From an uncultured Saprospirales bacterium (GTDB taxonomy: Bacteria > Bacteroidota > Bacteroidia > Chitinophagales > CAJXBJ01): 64,000 bases of DNA. The position numbers and the translations under genes are program-made. This document shows positions 27,795 through 36,767 of this stretch, in pieces. The DNA is taken from positions 1,818-65,817 of the forward strand of contig CAJXBJ010000002.1 in NCBI GenBank assembly GCA_913050195.1, given 5' to 3'. Every line of letters starts with the position of its first letter. Position 1 is the stretch's first letter. A model generated the notes under the pieces. That model saw only the letters and a list, made by a program, of their open reading frames with translations, had not been told where the DNA came from and ran no database searches.

Positions 27795-28342
27795 GGCTTA
27801 TTTAAATATCTTAAAATTTCTGGACTTTGCGGCTTTGTAGTAGAACGAAAACGGTCTAATATTTTACCTTCTTCATCGATTAAAAACTTCTCAAAGTTCC
27901 AAAGCACATCGCCACCATCAACATTAGAAACTAACCACTCAAATAAAGGCTGAATATTCTTTCCTTTAACACTATTTTTTGCCATAATTGGAAAAGTTAT
28001 TTTAAATCTTATTTCACAAAACTTTTTAATTTCCTCATTCTGGCCAGGTTCTTGACCTCCAAAATTATTTGCTGGAAATGCAAGTACTACAAGCGTTTGC
28101 TTATACTCATTATATAAGGACTCTAAGCCTTTATAATGACCTGTAAAACCGCATTGTGAAGCTGTATTAACAATAAGAATTTTTTTTCCTCTAAACTTAC
28201 TCAAGGAAAGCTTTTTACCATCTATTGTTTCAACATCAAATTCATGAACTGATTTTTTGCCTTCAATAATTGCCTTATTGTTTGGATTTTTCGAATACCC
28301 CTTCAAGGACATTATTGTATTAAGTATACTTTTAAAAGCCAT
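27791..28342 (-). CDS. gpx: Glutathione peroxidase (Cys type)
   Basis: 'VNTASQCGFT', 'LAFPANNFGGQEPG' and 'WNFEKFLI'. Confidence 0.9.
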   Translation of the reverse strand: MAFKSILNTIMSLKGYSKNPNNKAIIEGKKSVHEFDVETIDGKKLSLSKFRGKKILIVNTASQCGFTGHYKGLESLYNEYKQTLVVLAFPANNFGGQEPGQNEEIKKFCEIRFKITFPIMAKNSVKGKNIQPLFEWLVSNVDGGDVLWNFEKFLIDEEGKILDRFRSTTKPQSPEILRYLNKP

Positions 28343-28558
28343 CAGTTTTGATATTTAGATCATCAATTTATCTTCAAGATATCAATTAATTGTAAGGGTA
28401 AAAAAGATAGTTATTATACACAACACCTAACAATTCACTTTACTAGATTAATTATTCTATATTTTTTCTTATTTTGAATTGATTAATAACTTATGATTTT
28501 CATATAGAGTTAGCAGGCCTAAAGATTTGTGCGTATTTTAGTAATGCAATATTTAGCT

Positions 28559-30328
28559 ATGACATTTAAACGTATCTTTTTTCTTATTGGATGCTCATTA
28601 ATAATGAGTATAAAGTTAAGTGCACAATGCACACCTAACCCTTCCTTATTTACAAATCCAGGAATTGAACCAGATACTATGCCTGTAGGCTATGCAAATA
28701 ATTTTTACGATGAGAATGTCTACTTCATGTTGCCTTTAGATACTCAAGGTTTTGCATACCAAAATATTGAAATTTCTTCTGTGGTTGGTCTTCCAATTGG
28801 AATGAGTTGGGAATGTGATATGGTTGCCAATGGATGTAATTATGTCCCTGCTAACAATCAATATGGATGTATCAGACTTTATGGTACTCCTATACAAACT
28901 GGCAACTTTTCAGCTATAGTAAATATTACGGCAACATTGAGCGTTGGCATATATCCAACAACAATGAGTTCCCCAATTACTATTTTACCAGATACTTCTA
29001 CGGGCGGCGGCTTTAATGCTGATATAACAAATGGATGTTTGCCGGTTACTGTTAATTTCACGAACAATAATCCCGGCTTAATGTACTATGATTGGGACTT
29101 TGGAAATGGGAATGTCTCTAGTTTAGAAAACCCAGGACCTCAAACATATACCCAAGAAGGCGTCTATATTGTAGACTATAAGGCATGGTCTGACACTAAT
29201 TTCTACTATATTTTAAATAGTATTACGATAACTTCTGTTCCAGATCAAAGCAATTATGGAACACTTGTAAATGACTATGATCCTGACCTTTATTTTATTC
29301 TTTATGATAATAATAATGTTCAAATATATCAGAGCGAGGTTATTGATGATACACAACCACCAATAACCTATAGCATACCAAACCTGAATCTTTCAAATGC
29401 TAATTATGAGCTACATCTCTGGGATAAGGACAGTGGTTGGTTTGGACTTGACCCTGATGATGACTTGGGCGTTGTGCCATTCAATGGATATGGAGGGAGT
29501 GGAAGTGCTTCTGCTCCATTTTCTGGAGGAGGAAATACAGCTTTTGATTATAGCGTGACTACAATACCGCCTAATTTCAGCACACAAGCTTCGGACACAA
29601 TTTATGTTCACAGTTACCCTACAAAACCAAATGTAGACTCAATTGGCACTAATTTATCTATTGACTCATCATATTACGCAATGCAATGGTATAAAGATGG
29701 ACAAATAATTGCTGGGGCATCAGACTCCGCTCACACAGCTAGCGGCACTGGTTATTATCACATTGTTGTCAAAAATGAGAATGGGTGTGAGATAGCATCT
29801 GACTCTATATTTATCATAGTATGCAATTACTTCTTCGGAGTAAACATCAATGTCAATGGCAATGTTGTTTGGACAGATTCAACCCAATATAACTTTCAAT
29901 GGTATTATCAAGGAAATCCAATACCTGGAGCAATAAACAATATTTATTTTGCTGATACTTCAGGATATTATTATGTTGTTGCTACAGATTCTTTTGGTTG
30001 TCAAAGTAATTCCAATCCAGTATTTGTTGACATTCCTACTGATACTACAGGAATTTCTGAAATAAGTATTTTAAGCAAACATATTAAAGTATTCCCGAAT
30101 CCTAGCTATGGAGAATTTAATATACACTTTGATATGCCTCTAAGGTCTAAAGATTGTGAAATTGAAATCTATGACCAAAGAGGCCTTTTATTGCAAAAGG
30201 AAACAATGGGTAGGATCTTAATTGATGATGTCAAAAAAATTGATATATCTAATTATCCGACCGGAATCTATGTTCTTAATATAAGGTTAGAAAAAGGGAA
30301 TATTAATAAACGCCTTATCAAGCACTAA
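28559..30328 (+). CDS. Secreted PKD-domain protein with T9SS type-A C-terminal sorting domain
   Basis: Signal peptide from the internal ATG at 28559. PKD motif 'WDFGNGN…GVYIV'. CTD 'VFPNPSYGEFNIHF…GIYVLNI'. Confidence 0.8.
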   Translation: MTFKRIFFLIGCSLIMSIKLSAQCTPNPSLFTNPGIEPDTMPVGYANNFYDENVYFMLPLDTQGFAYQNIEISSVVGLPIGMSWECDMVANGCNYVPANNQYGCIRLYGTPIQTGNFSAIVNITATLSVGIYPTTMSSPITILPDTSTGGGFNADITNGCLPVTVNFTNNNPGLMYYDWDFGNGNVSSLENPGPQTYTQEGVYIVDYKAWSDTNFYYILNSITITSVPDQSNYGTLVNDYDPDLYFILYDNNNVQIYQSEVIDDTQPPITYSIPNLNLSNANYELHLWDKDSGWFGLDPDDDLGVVPFNGYGGSGSASAPFSGGGNTAFDYSVTTIPPNFSTQASDTIYVHSYPTKPNVDSIGTNLSIDSSYYAMQWYKDGQIIAGASDSAHTASGTGYYHIVVKNENGCEIASDSIFIIVCNYFFGVNINVNGNVVWTDSTQYNFQWYYQGNPIPGAINNIYFADTSGYYYVVATDSFGCQSNSNPVFVDIPTDTTGISEISILSKHIKVFPNPSYGEFNIHFDMPLRSKDCEIEIYDQRGLLLQKETMGRILIDDVKKIDISNYPTGIYVLNIRLEKGNINKRLIKH

Positions 30329-32637
30329 AGTGTAAAAACCATTTTTACTGTATAATTCTGAGGAGCATCCATTAATCCAATGCGTCTGAAGTATTCATCA
30401 TTAGTTATATTCTTTCCTATAAAGCTAAGATTGATATTTTCTTTTACATCATAGGCAATTCTAATTGAATGCAAAACATCATAATCTCCATTATTGTCTA
30501 TGTATGTACCTAAGTGAGAAACTGCTTGCTCATACAATAAAGGTATTTTCTCAGGAAAGCTCATAAAGTTAAGATTGTATCCAACTCTAAATTTTTTCCA
30601 CTCCAATTCTATATCAGCCTTTAAAATATGCCTTGTCCTAAAGGCTAATATCTTATTTTCTAATTCTACCGCTTCTCCATCGCTATTGGTATAATCTTCA
30701 TATCGATTACCCATACCCCAAATAAAATTAGAAAAATACGTGCCCAAATTTCGCTGGCTTGAATCACCACCTAAGTCAGCTGGATAATTGTAAGAATACC
30801 CCAATAAGGTATTAATATTTACCTCACCAACTGTGCCCTTTCCAAAAACAGAAAGCTCATAACCCGCAACTCTTGAATCCGGCAGATTAAGTGGCTTTAA
30901 ACCTAAGTCATCTAATGTTGGCGCATTGCCTTCTTCTGGATAAAGGCCTAATGTATATTCAACAAAGTTTTTATATTCATTTAAGAAAAACGCTCCATCC
31001 AAGAATGCAGAAAAGTTACCAAAGTCAATTCTATGCTTCAGGCCTAATTCAGACCCCCATCCTGTTTCTGCTGCTAAATCCTGATTAGGTACAATTTTTA
31101 AGCCTGAAAAACTTGCAGAAATAAAGCGCTCCCCTATTGATGGTAATCGATAGGCCTGGCCTAACGATGCGCGAATTGAAGTTTTAGGCTTTAATTTATA
31201 ATTTAAACCAGCCCTAAACACTGGCAAAGCCGTTGAATATATTATATCCACTGCTGAAAGTTCATATCTAGCCCCCCCCATTATGCTAACTTTATCTTTA
31301 ATGTATTCTATTTGAGAATAAAACGCAGCGGCTCCTGTTGCTCTCCAACCCTCATAAAGATTACTTTTAGCAATCCCTACTTGTAACGGAAGACCGCTTA
31401 CAAGTTGTAGGTTATCATTAATTTTTTTCTGAAACTGATAATCCACCATCAATAAATTAGAATTAAATTGACTAGCATTATCAGATGGTAATCGTGTCAC
31501 ATTGAGAAATCTACCACGGACCTTATGATTATCTCCATTTTCCTTAACATATGTCCAATGAGGGTCTATATTATAACGTACATACTCATCATTACTACCA
31601 TCTAATCTGCGGTAAGCATTATCTAGAGCATCTTCTGCCAAAAAGAAGCGGCCACTATTTTCATACATGACATTTCCATTTACCCCATACATTAAGCCTG
31701 GCTTATCCGGATCTCTATAACGCAATTTAAAATTCGCACGATAACGCAATTCATCTCCTTTCCATAAGTATGAGAAATTATTGTAAAAATTAGCTCCAAC
31801 AACAACATCTGTATTTTTATATCGCTGGGCATGCGAAAAACTTAATCCTGTAAAAGACGGATGCTGCACATCCTCCCACCATACCATTTCTGGACGTGGT
31901 GGAGCTCCATATAAACCATGGAAAATTGATAACTTAGTTTCAGGTTCTGCCCCTGGCCATTTCGTAATTAAATTCACTATTCCATTTAAAGCTGAGGAAC
32001 CATAAACAACAGAGGCTGCTCCTTTAACCACCTCTATCTTATCCATAATTTCTATGGGGGCTTGCTTCATTTGAGGGTCATTCAAATCAGCACTAATCAT
32101 ATTCAGGTTATCAACTAAAACAGCAGTTCGAGCACCAACGCCATATGACCATGCACTTCCACCTCTAATAAGAATCTGTCCTTCCTGAACTTGCACACCT
32201 ACACTTTTATCTACAGCTTCACCTAATTCTATGGCATTGTTATTTTCTACCAAACTTGCATCTAATACATCCATAGAAATATTCTCTACAAGCATTTCTT
32301 TTTTATAGTTACTAGCTGACACTACATAAACATCTAGCTGATTACTTTTTTCCTGAAGAGTAATATTTAAATCAAGAACTTGATTATCCTCAATAAGTAT
32401 TTTTCGCTTGGTATTTTGAAAACCCATATAGGAAAAACGTATTTGGTATTCTCCGTTTCCAAGTTCAATCTTATAATCACCATTAATATCAGTTACTGTG
32501 CCCACAGAAACATTCGTCATAATATTGACACCAATTAAGCCTTCGCCTTTAACATCAGTCACCTTCCCTTTGATTCCTCCCAACTGTCCCCATACTGGCA
32601 AAACAGTTATCAGCATTAAAATACACAGTAAACGCAT
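30325..32637 (-). CDS. TonB-dependent receptor with CarboxypepD_reg-like N-domain
   Basis: 'GKVTDVKGEGLIGVNI…DINGDYKI', and the plug 'IEVVKGAASVVYGSSALNGIVNLITK', followed by a long beta-barrel. Confidence 0.85.
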   Translation of the reverse strand: MRLLCILMLITVLPVWGQLGGIKGKVTDVKGEGLIGVNIMTNVSVGTVTDINGDYKIELGNGEYQIRFSYMGFQNTKRKILIEDNQVLDLNITLQEKSNQLDVYVVSASNYKKEMLVENISMDVLDASLVENNNAIELGEAVDKSVGVQVQEGQILIRGGSAWSYGVGARTAVLVDNLNMISADLNDPQMKQAPIEIMDKIEVVKGAASVVYGSSALNGIVNLITKWPGAEPETKLSIFHGLYGAPPRPEMVWWEDVQHPSFTGLSFSHAQRYKNTDVVVGANFYNNFSYLWKGDELRYRANFKLRYRDPDKPGLMYGVNGNVMYENSGRFFLAEDALDNAYRRLDGSNDEYVRYNIDPHWTYVKENGDNHKVRGRFLNVTRLPSDNASQFNSNLLMVDYQFQKKINDNLQLVSGLPLQVGIAKSNLYEGWRATGAAAFYSQIEYIKDKVSIMGGARYELSAVDIIYSTALPVFRAGLNYKLKPKTSIRASLGQAYRLPSIGERFISASFSGLKIVPNQDLAAETGWGSELGLKHRIDFGNFSAFLDGAFFLNEYKNFVEYTLGLYPEEGNAPTLDDLGLKPLNLPDSRVAGYELSVFGKGTVGEVNINTLLGYSYNYPADLGGDSSQRNLGTYFSNFIWGMGNRYEDYTNSDGEAVELENKILAFRTRHILKADIELEWKKFRVGYNLNFMSFPEKIPLLYEQAVSHLGTYIDNNGDYDVLHSIRIAYDVKENINLSFIGKNITNDEYFRRIGLMDAPQNYTVKMVFTL

Positions 32638-32710
32638 TGATTTCTTTTATTTAAATGTAAAAAAAATATGACCGAATTAATAATAAGTTCAGCATTAATA
32701 TATCAAATTA

Positions 32711-33400
32711 TCAATCTTGCTTAATGACGGATTGAACAATTAGATACTGAGCAATAATATAAGTTGACATAATGAAAATACTTGATAAGGGAAATGGATA
32801 GCCAAAAGTACTAATGGCAATCATCATATCGGAAAGCATAAATAAGAAAGCCCCATAAAAGCTCAATTTATATACAAGTTCTTGACCAATACCCCAGCGA
32901 TTTAAACTACTTAAAAGCATCATAATTATTATAATTGTATAGCATAATACAGGAATGGCTAAACCCTTCATATTATACCATAGTGACCAATTCAATAAAA
33001 CCCCAAGCATCAAAAAAGGTAACACCAGCATAATATACTCCTTAATAAATCCATTGCTCCAACCCATTCCTGAGCCAATAGTGAATATATATATATAAGC
33101 TATATGAGCACAGAAAAATGCGGCCATGCCAATCAGAAAACAATTATCAAAACCAAGCTGATTCAACAATAAAAAAACATCGCCTACACCGGAAAAAAAC
33201 AAAGCTACAAGAAGCCCCCTAAAACGGGTTATATGCATATCCTTTTTAGTAACATAATTAACAATGACTAAAAACATCAACAAAGGCATTAATAATGGCT
33301 TTGTAAACATATGCCAACTCTGTATTGAAACAATTACATGCGTGAGACATTCTAAAAAGGCTATCACTAAAAACAATAGCTGTATTGCCCTAAGTACCAT
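32711..33400 (-). CDS. YhhN-family protein (lysoplasmalogenase-like, TMEM86 homologue)
   Basis: About 8 TM helices in 229 aa. 'LFFSGVGDVFLL' and 'FLFMLSDMMIA' are YhhN-type blocks. The gene overlaps the upstream gene by 11 nt. Confidence 0.7.
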   Translation of the reverse strand: MVLRAIQLLFLVIAFLECLTHVIVSIQSWHMFTKPLLMPLLMFLVIVNYVTKKDMHITRFRGLLVALFFSGVGDVFLLLNQLGFDNCFLIGMAAFFCAHIAYIYIFTIGSGMGWSNGFIKEYIMLVLPFLMLGVLLNWSLWYNMKGLAIPVLCYTIIIIMMLLSSLNRWGIGQELVYKLSFYGAFLFMLSDMMIAISTFGYPFPLSSIFIMSTYIIAQYLIVQSVIKQD

Positions 33401-34607
33401 TTGTCCTTATTAAGATAATCAAGTATAACAATGAGCTTAAAAGAATAGCTAGTACAATATAAAAAGCAAGTGATGTTATAATTGTTAATTCCATAAACCA
33501 ATATGCTATACAGATTGACATAAAGCAACGAATTGCATCTATTTTAAAAGCCCATTTTTTATCCTGCAACAATTTTGAGCAAGACCAAATACTAAATAAT
33601 AAAAATAGACTTCCAGCCATCTGAACATGGCTATTAAATCCTTTGAATTGCATCATAAAAAATGCTGTATAGGCCAATATAAATAAGTATTGAATAAGCG
33701 CATAAATACTTAAATGAAGAGATAATGGAAGGTTATATTTCTTATAGCTAGCTCTATCTATTTTAGAAGGCAGTATTGGACCACCCATATAGTCAGGCAT
33801 CCATCCAGGTTTATTAAAAAGGACTTTAAGCCCATCTAATGGTGATTTCACTTTGACCAATATTTTGGCTAAGCTTTTGAAGTGCGCAAAATTAGCCCAT
33901 ATAGGGTCCCATGAATTTATAGGAATAGTAATCCCATAGGTTGGTCTTTCTTCTTCTTCTTGAAAGGTTCCAAATAGCTTATCCCATATTATAAAAACCC
34001 CTGCATGGTTTTTATCAATATATTTTGGATTTTTCCCGTGATGAACTCGATGATGCGACGGTGTATTAAAAAGTATTTCAAACCATCCCATTTTATCTAT
34101 TGATTCTGTATGTATCCAAAACTGATATAGAGTACCAAAAGCATTGGCTAGCACAAAGTATTTTGGATCAAAACCGATTACAGCCAATGGGAAATAAAAG
34201 AAAAAAGTAAAAAATATTTGAAAACTACTCTGCCTTAAAGCAACAGAAAGATTATAATCTTCACTCTGATGATGAACAACATGTCCACCCCAAAATAAAC
34301 TTACTTCATGGCTCTTTCGGTGAGCCCAGTAATAACACAAATCGACGAGTATAAACAGAATCAAAAAAGTCCACCAGTTATTTGATATTGTCCATATCCT
34401 TAAATACTCGTAAATAAATACATAAACACCTACACTAACTATGGTTAAAAAAAAGCCACTAAGCTGCTGAATGATGCCACAACTTATATTAGTGATTGCA
34501 TCACTAAGACGGTAATGATTATCTTTTTTCCAATGCTGAAACAAAAGCTCTATAACTATCAAGCCAAAAAATACAGGTATTGCTAATATAATTGGTCCCA
34601 TATCCAT
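33390..34607 (-). CDS. Fatty-acid-hydroxylase-superfamily membrane oxygenase, alkylglycerol monooxygenase (AGMO/TMEM195)-like
   Basis: His boxes 'HRKSHEVSLFWGGHVVHHQSEDYNLSVALRQ' and 'TPSHHRVHHGKNPKYIDKNHAGVFIIWDKLFGTF'. As I recall, these mirror animal AGMO more closely than the sterol desaturases. Confidence 0.65.
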   Translation of the reverse strand: MDMGPIILAIPVFFGLIVIELLFQHWKKDNHYRLSDAITNISCGIIQQLSGFFLTIVSVGVYVFIYEYLRIWTISNNWWTFLILFILVDLCYYWAHRKSHEVSLFWGGHVVHHQSEDYNLSVALRQSSFQIFFTFFFYFPLAVIGFDPKYFVLANAFGTLYQFWIHTESIDKMGWFEILFNTPSHHRVHHGKNPKYIDKNHAGVFIIWDKLFGTFQEEEERPTYGITIPINSWDPIWANFAHFKSLAKILVKVKSPLDGLKVLFNKPGWMPDYMGGPILPSKIDRASYKKYNLPLSLHLSIYALIQYLFILAYTAFFMMQFKGFNSHVQMAGSLFLLFSIWSCSKLLQDKKWAFKIDAIRCFMSICIAYWFMELTIITSLAFYIVLAILLSSLLYLIILIRTNGT

Positions 34608-34692
34608 TACATTGCAATTTACTGATTCATAAGGCCTTATTCAAAATGACTCTTATATTTTTTGTAAATTGTGTTGATTAAAAAAAATAATA

Positions 34693-35193
34693 ATGAGATC
34701 CTTGCAAGATTGGCTTGATGCCTATGGTGTTTCTCACACAAACAAAACAAATAAGTTAATACATTGGATATGTGTACCTGTAATATTTTTTAATGTTATT
34801 GGTTTACTCTCCTGTATTCCGCATGATTTTCTAAGCAATTTAGTTCAAGCAGATAGTGTATTAACAGAATACATGCATTTTGGAACGCTAGTAGTTATAT
34901 TAGGAGGTGTTTTTTATTTACGTTTATCACCAACTATGTTTGTTGGTATTTTATTATGGTCTATATTTTGCCTTTGGGGGAATATTCAGCTTGCCAAATT
35001 AAGCCTAGGAGGAATGAACATACCTTTATGGCAATCTTCATTAGCGTTATTTGTCTTAGCTTGGATAGGACAGTTTGTAGGACATAAAATTGAAGGTGCA
35101 AAGCCTTCATTCTTTGAGGACTTACAATTTCTAATGATTGGTCCAGCCTGGCTAATGGCATTTATATACCAAAAGCTAGGCATAAAATATTAA
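34693..35193 (+). CDS. DUF962 / Mpo1-like membrane protein (2-hydroxy fatty acid dioxygenase family)
   Basis: 'YGVSHTNKTNKLIHWICVPVIFF' and 'GQFVGHKIEGAKPSFFEDLQFLMIGPAWL' match the YGL010w/Mpo1 family blocks. Confidence 0.75.
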   Translation: MRSLQDWLDAYGVSHTNKTNKLIHWICVPVIFFNVIGLLSCIPHDFLSNLVQADSVLTEYMHFGTLVVILGGVFYLRLSPTMFVGILLWSIFCLWGNIQLAKLSLGGMNIPLWQSSLALFVLAWIGQFVGHKIEGAKPSFFEDLQFLMIGPAWLMAFIYQKLGIKY

Positions 35194-35248
35194 TATCAAG
35201 GCTAACTCTTTAGTTATAAGATAGCCTTAATCTTAAGCTAATCATATA

Positions 35249-36766
35249 TCATACTCTGTACAGAGCATCCATATATTTTTTTAATAGTGTACTAACTGAC
35301 CCTCTTAAGGGCATAGAAGATGCCAAACCATAAACAGGGGCCATGCCTCCCGATTTCTTTTCTTTATTATTTTTAACTTTTTCAACGGCTTCTTTTAAAT
35401 CTTCAACAAATCGCTCTGCAACTCCCTCTTTCGTTTGTGCATTGGTTAAACATATATGTATACAGTTGGGCCGAATCAAACCATTTAGATTCCAATGCCT
35501 TTCTCCCATAAAGTCTAAAATCTCGAAGATATTATGTTCTGAATTAGTAGTGGTAAAAGAAATATTATAAAATGGCTCTCCCAGTATTTTTAATTCTGGA
35601 ATTGCATCGATTCCTTTTTTGATAGTATTGGCAGCGGTCATTATATTTTTAGCAATATTCATAAACCCTTCTTCACCAATAGATACAAGGCTAGCCCAGC
35701 ATGCAGCACTAAGGGCTCCAGATCGACTACCTGCCATTGTTGGGGAAAAATAAATACCTCCTGGCCATTCCGTATAAGTAAAGTATTGATAACTCCTTAA
35801 TTTCTCAGTACGATACAATACTACAGAAGTACCTTTAGGTGCAAAACCATATTTATGTGTATCTGCTGAAATAGATGTAACCCCATCCAAAGAAAAATCA
35901 AACGTAGGCACATTATAACCAAGCTTTTTAATCCATGGTAAAATAAAACCACCGAGACAAGAGTCTACATGTAAGCCAACATTATACTTTATGGCTAATT
36001 TAGAAAGCTTTGGAATAGAATCTACTACTCCCTGTGGGAATTGGGGAGCCGACCCTACAATAACAATTGTATTTGAGTTAATTGCTTTTTCTAATTTCTT
36101 AACATCAACTTGAAAATTCTTATCTACAGGTATTCTACGCAGCTTTATTTTTAAATACTCAGCAGCTTTATTAAAAGCAACATGAGCGGTGATAGGAATA
36201 ATCATTTCAGGCTTAGTGATACCCTTCTCTTTCCTTGCATAATCTCGATATGTCTTAATTGCCATTAATATGCTCTCCGTACCACCTGAAGTCACGGCTC
36301 CACAAACCTTGTCTGCACAATCTTTAGCGCCAAGCATATTTGCCGTCATAGACACAATCTCTGCCTCGTATTTAGCAATTGATGGAAATAAGTCTGAGTG
36401 TAAAGGATTCGTTTGAGAATTTATATTATAAACCTCATTCATAAAATCAATATGCTCCTGATAACCATGATAAACAGTTCCAGAACAATAACCCCCACCC
36501 CATCTTTGACTTTCTTCTTCTACTATTTCTCTCATTTGCTTTCTTATCTCATCATAAGAAACTCCTTTTGATGGCAGCTCTACATGCTTTTGGTAGCGTC
36601 CGTCATAGGGCCTAATTGTCTTATCTAACTCTTCCATTAAATCATTAGTCTGTTTTTCTATTTCTTTTTGAACTGCTGGTATTTTATCCAATATGTTTTT
36701 TTCAAGAAAATCAACCCAGCTACTAGGTAATGAACCAAGTTTATTTATGATGGCATCTTTATTCAT
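35249..36766 (-). CDS. Sphingosine-1-phosphate lyase-like PLP enzyme
   Basis: 'NPLHSDLFPSIAKYEAEIV', 'GGTESILMA', 'SADTHKYGFAPKGTSVVLY' (PLP lysine) and 'GGIYFSPTMAGSRSGALSAACWA'. These are very close to eukaryotic SGPL1/Dpl1 blocks as I remember them. Confidence 0.85.
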   Translation of the reverse strand: MNKDAIINKLGSLPSSWVDFLEKNILDKIPAVQKEIEKQTNDLMEELDKTIRPYDGRYQKHVELPSKGVSYDEIRKQMREIVEEESQRWGGGYCSGTVYHGYQEHIDFMNEVYNINSQTNPLHSDLFPSIAKYEAEIVSMTANMLGAKDCADKVCGAVTSGGTESILMAIKTYRDYARKEKGITKPEMIIPITAHVAFNKAAEYLKIKLRRIPVDKNFQVDVKKLEKAINSNTIVIVGSAPQFPQGVVDSIPKLSKLAIKYNVGLHVDSCLGGFILPWIKKLGYNVPTFDFSLDGVTSISADTHKYGFAPKGTSVVLYRTEKLRSYQYFTYTEWPGGIYFSPTMAGSRSGALSAACWASLVSIGEEGFMNIAKNIMTAANTIKKGIDAIPELKILGEPFYNISFTTTNSEHNIFEILDFMGERHWNLNGLIRPNCIHICLTNAQTKEGVAERFVEDLKEAVEKVKNNKEKKSGGMAPVYGLASSMPLRGSVSTLLKKYMDALYRV

Positions 36767-36767
36767 A

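Noticed and set aside
27791-28342. The possibility of a selenocysteine-containing glutathione peroxidase.
   Set aside because: The active-site residue is an ordinary Cys codon (ASQCGFT), with no in-frame TGA.
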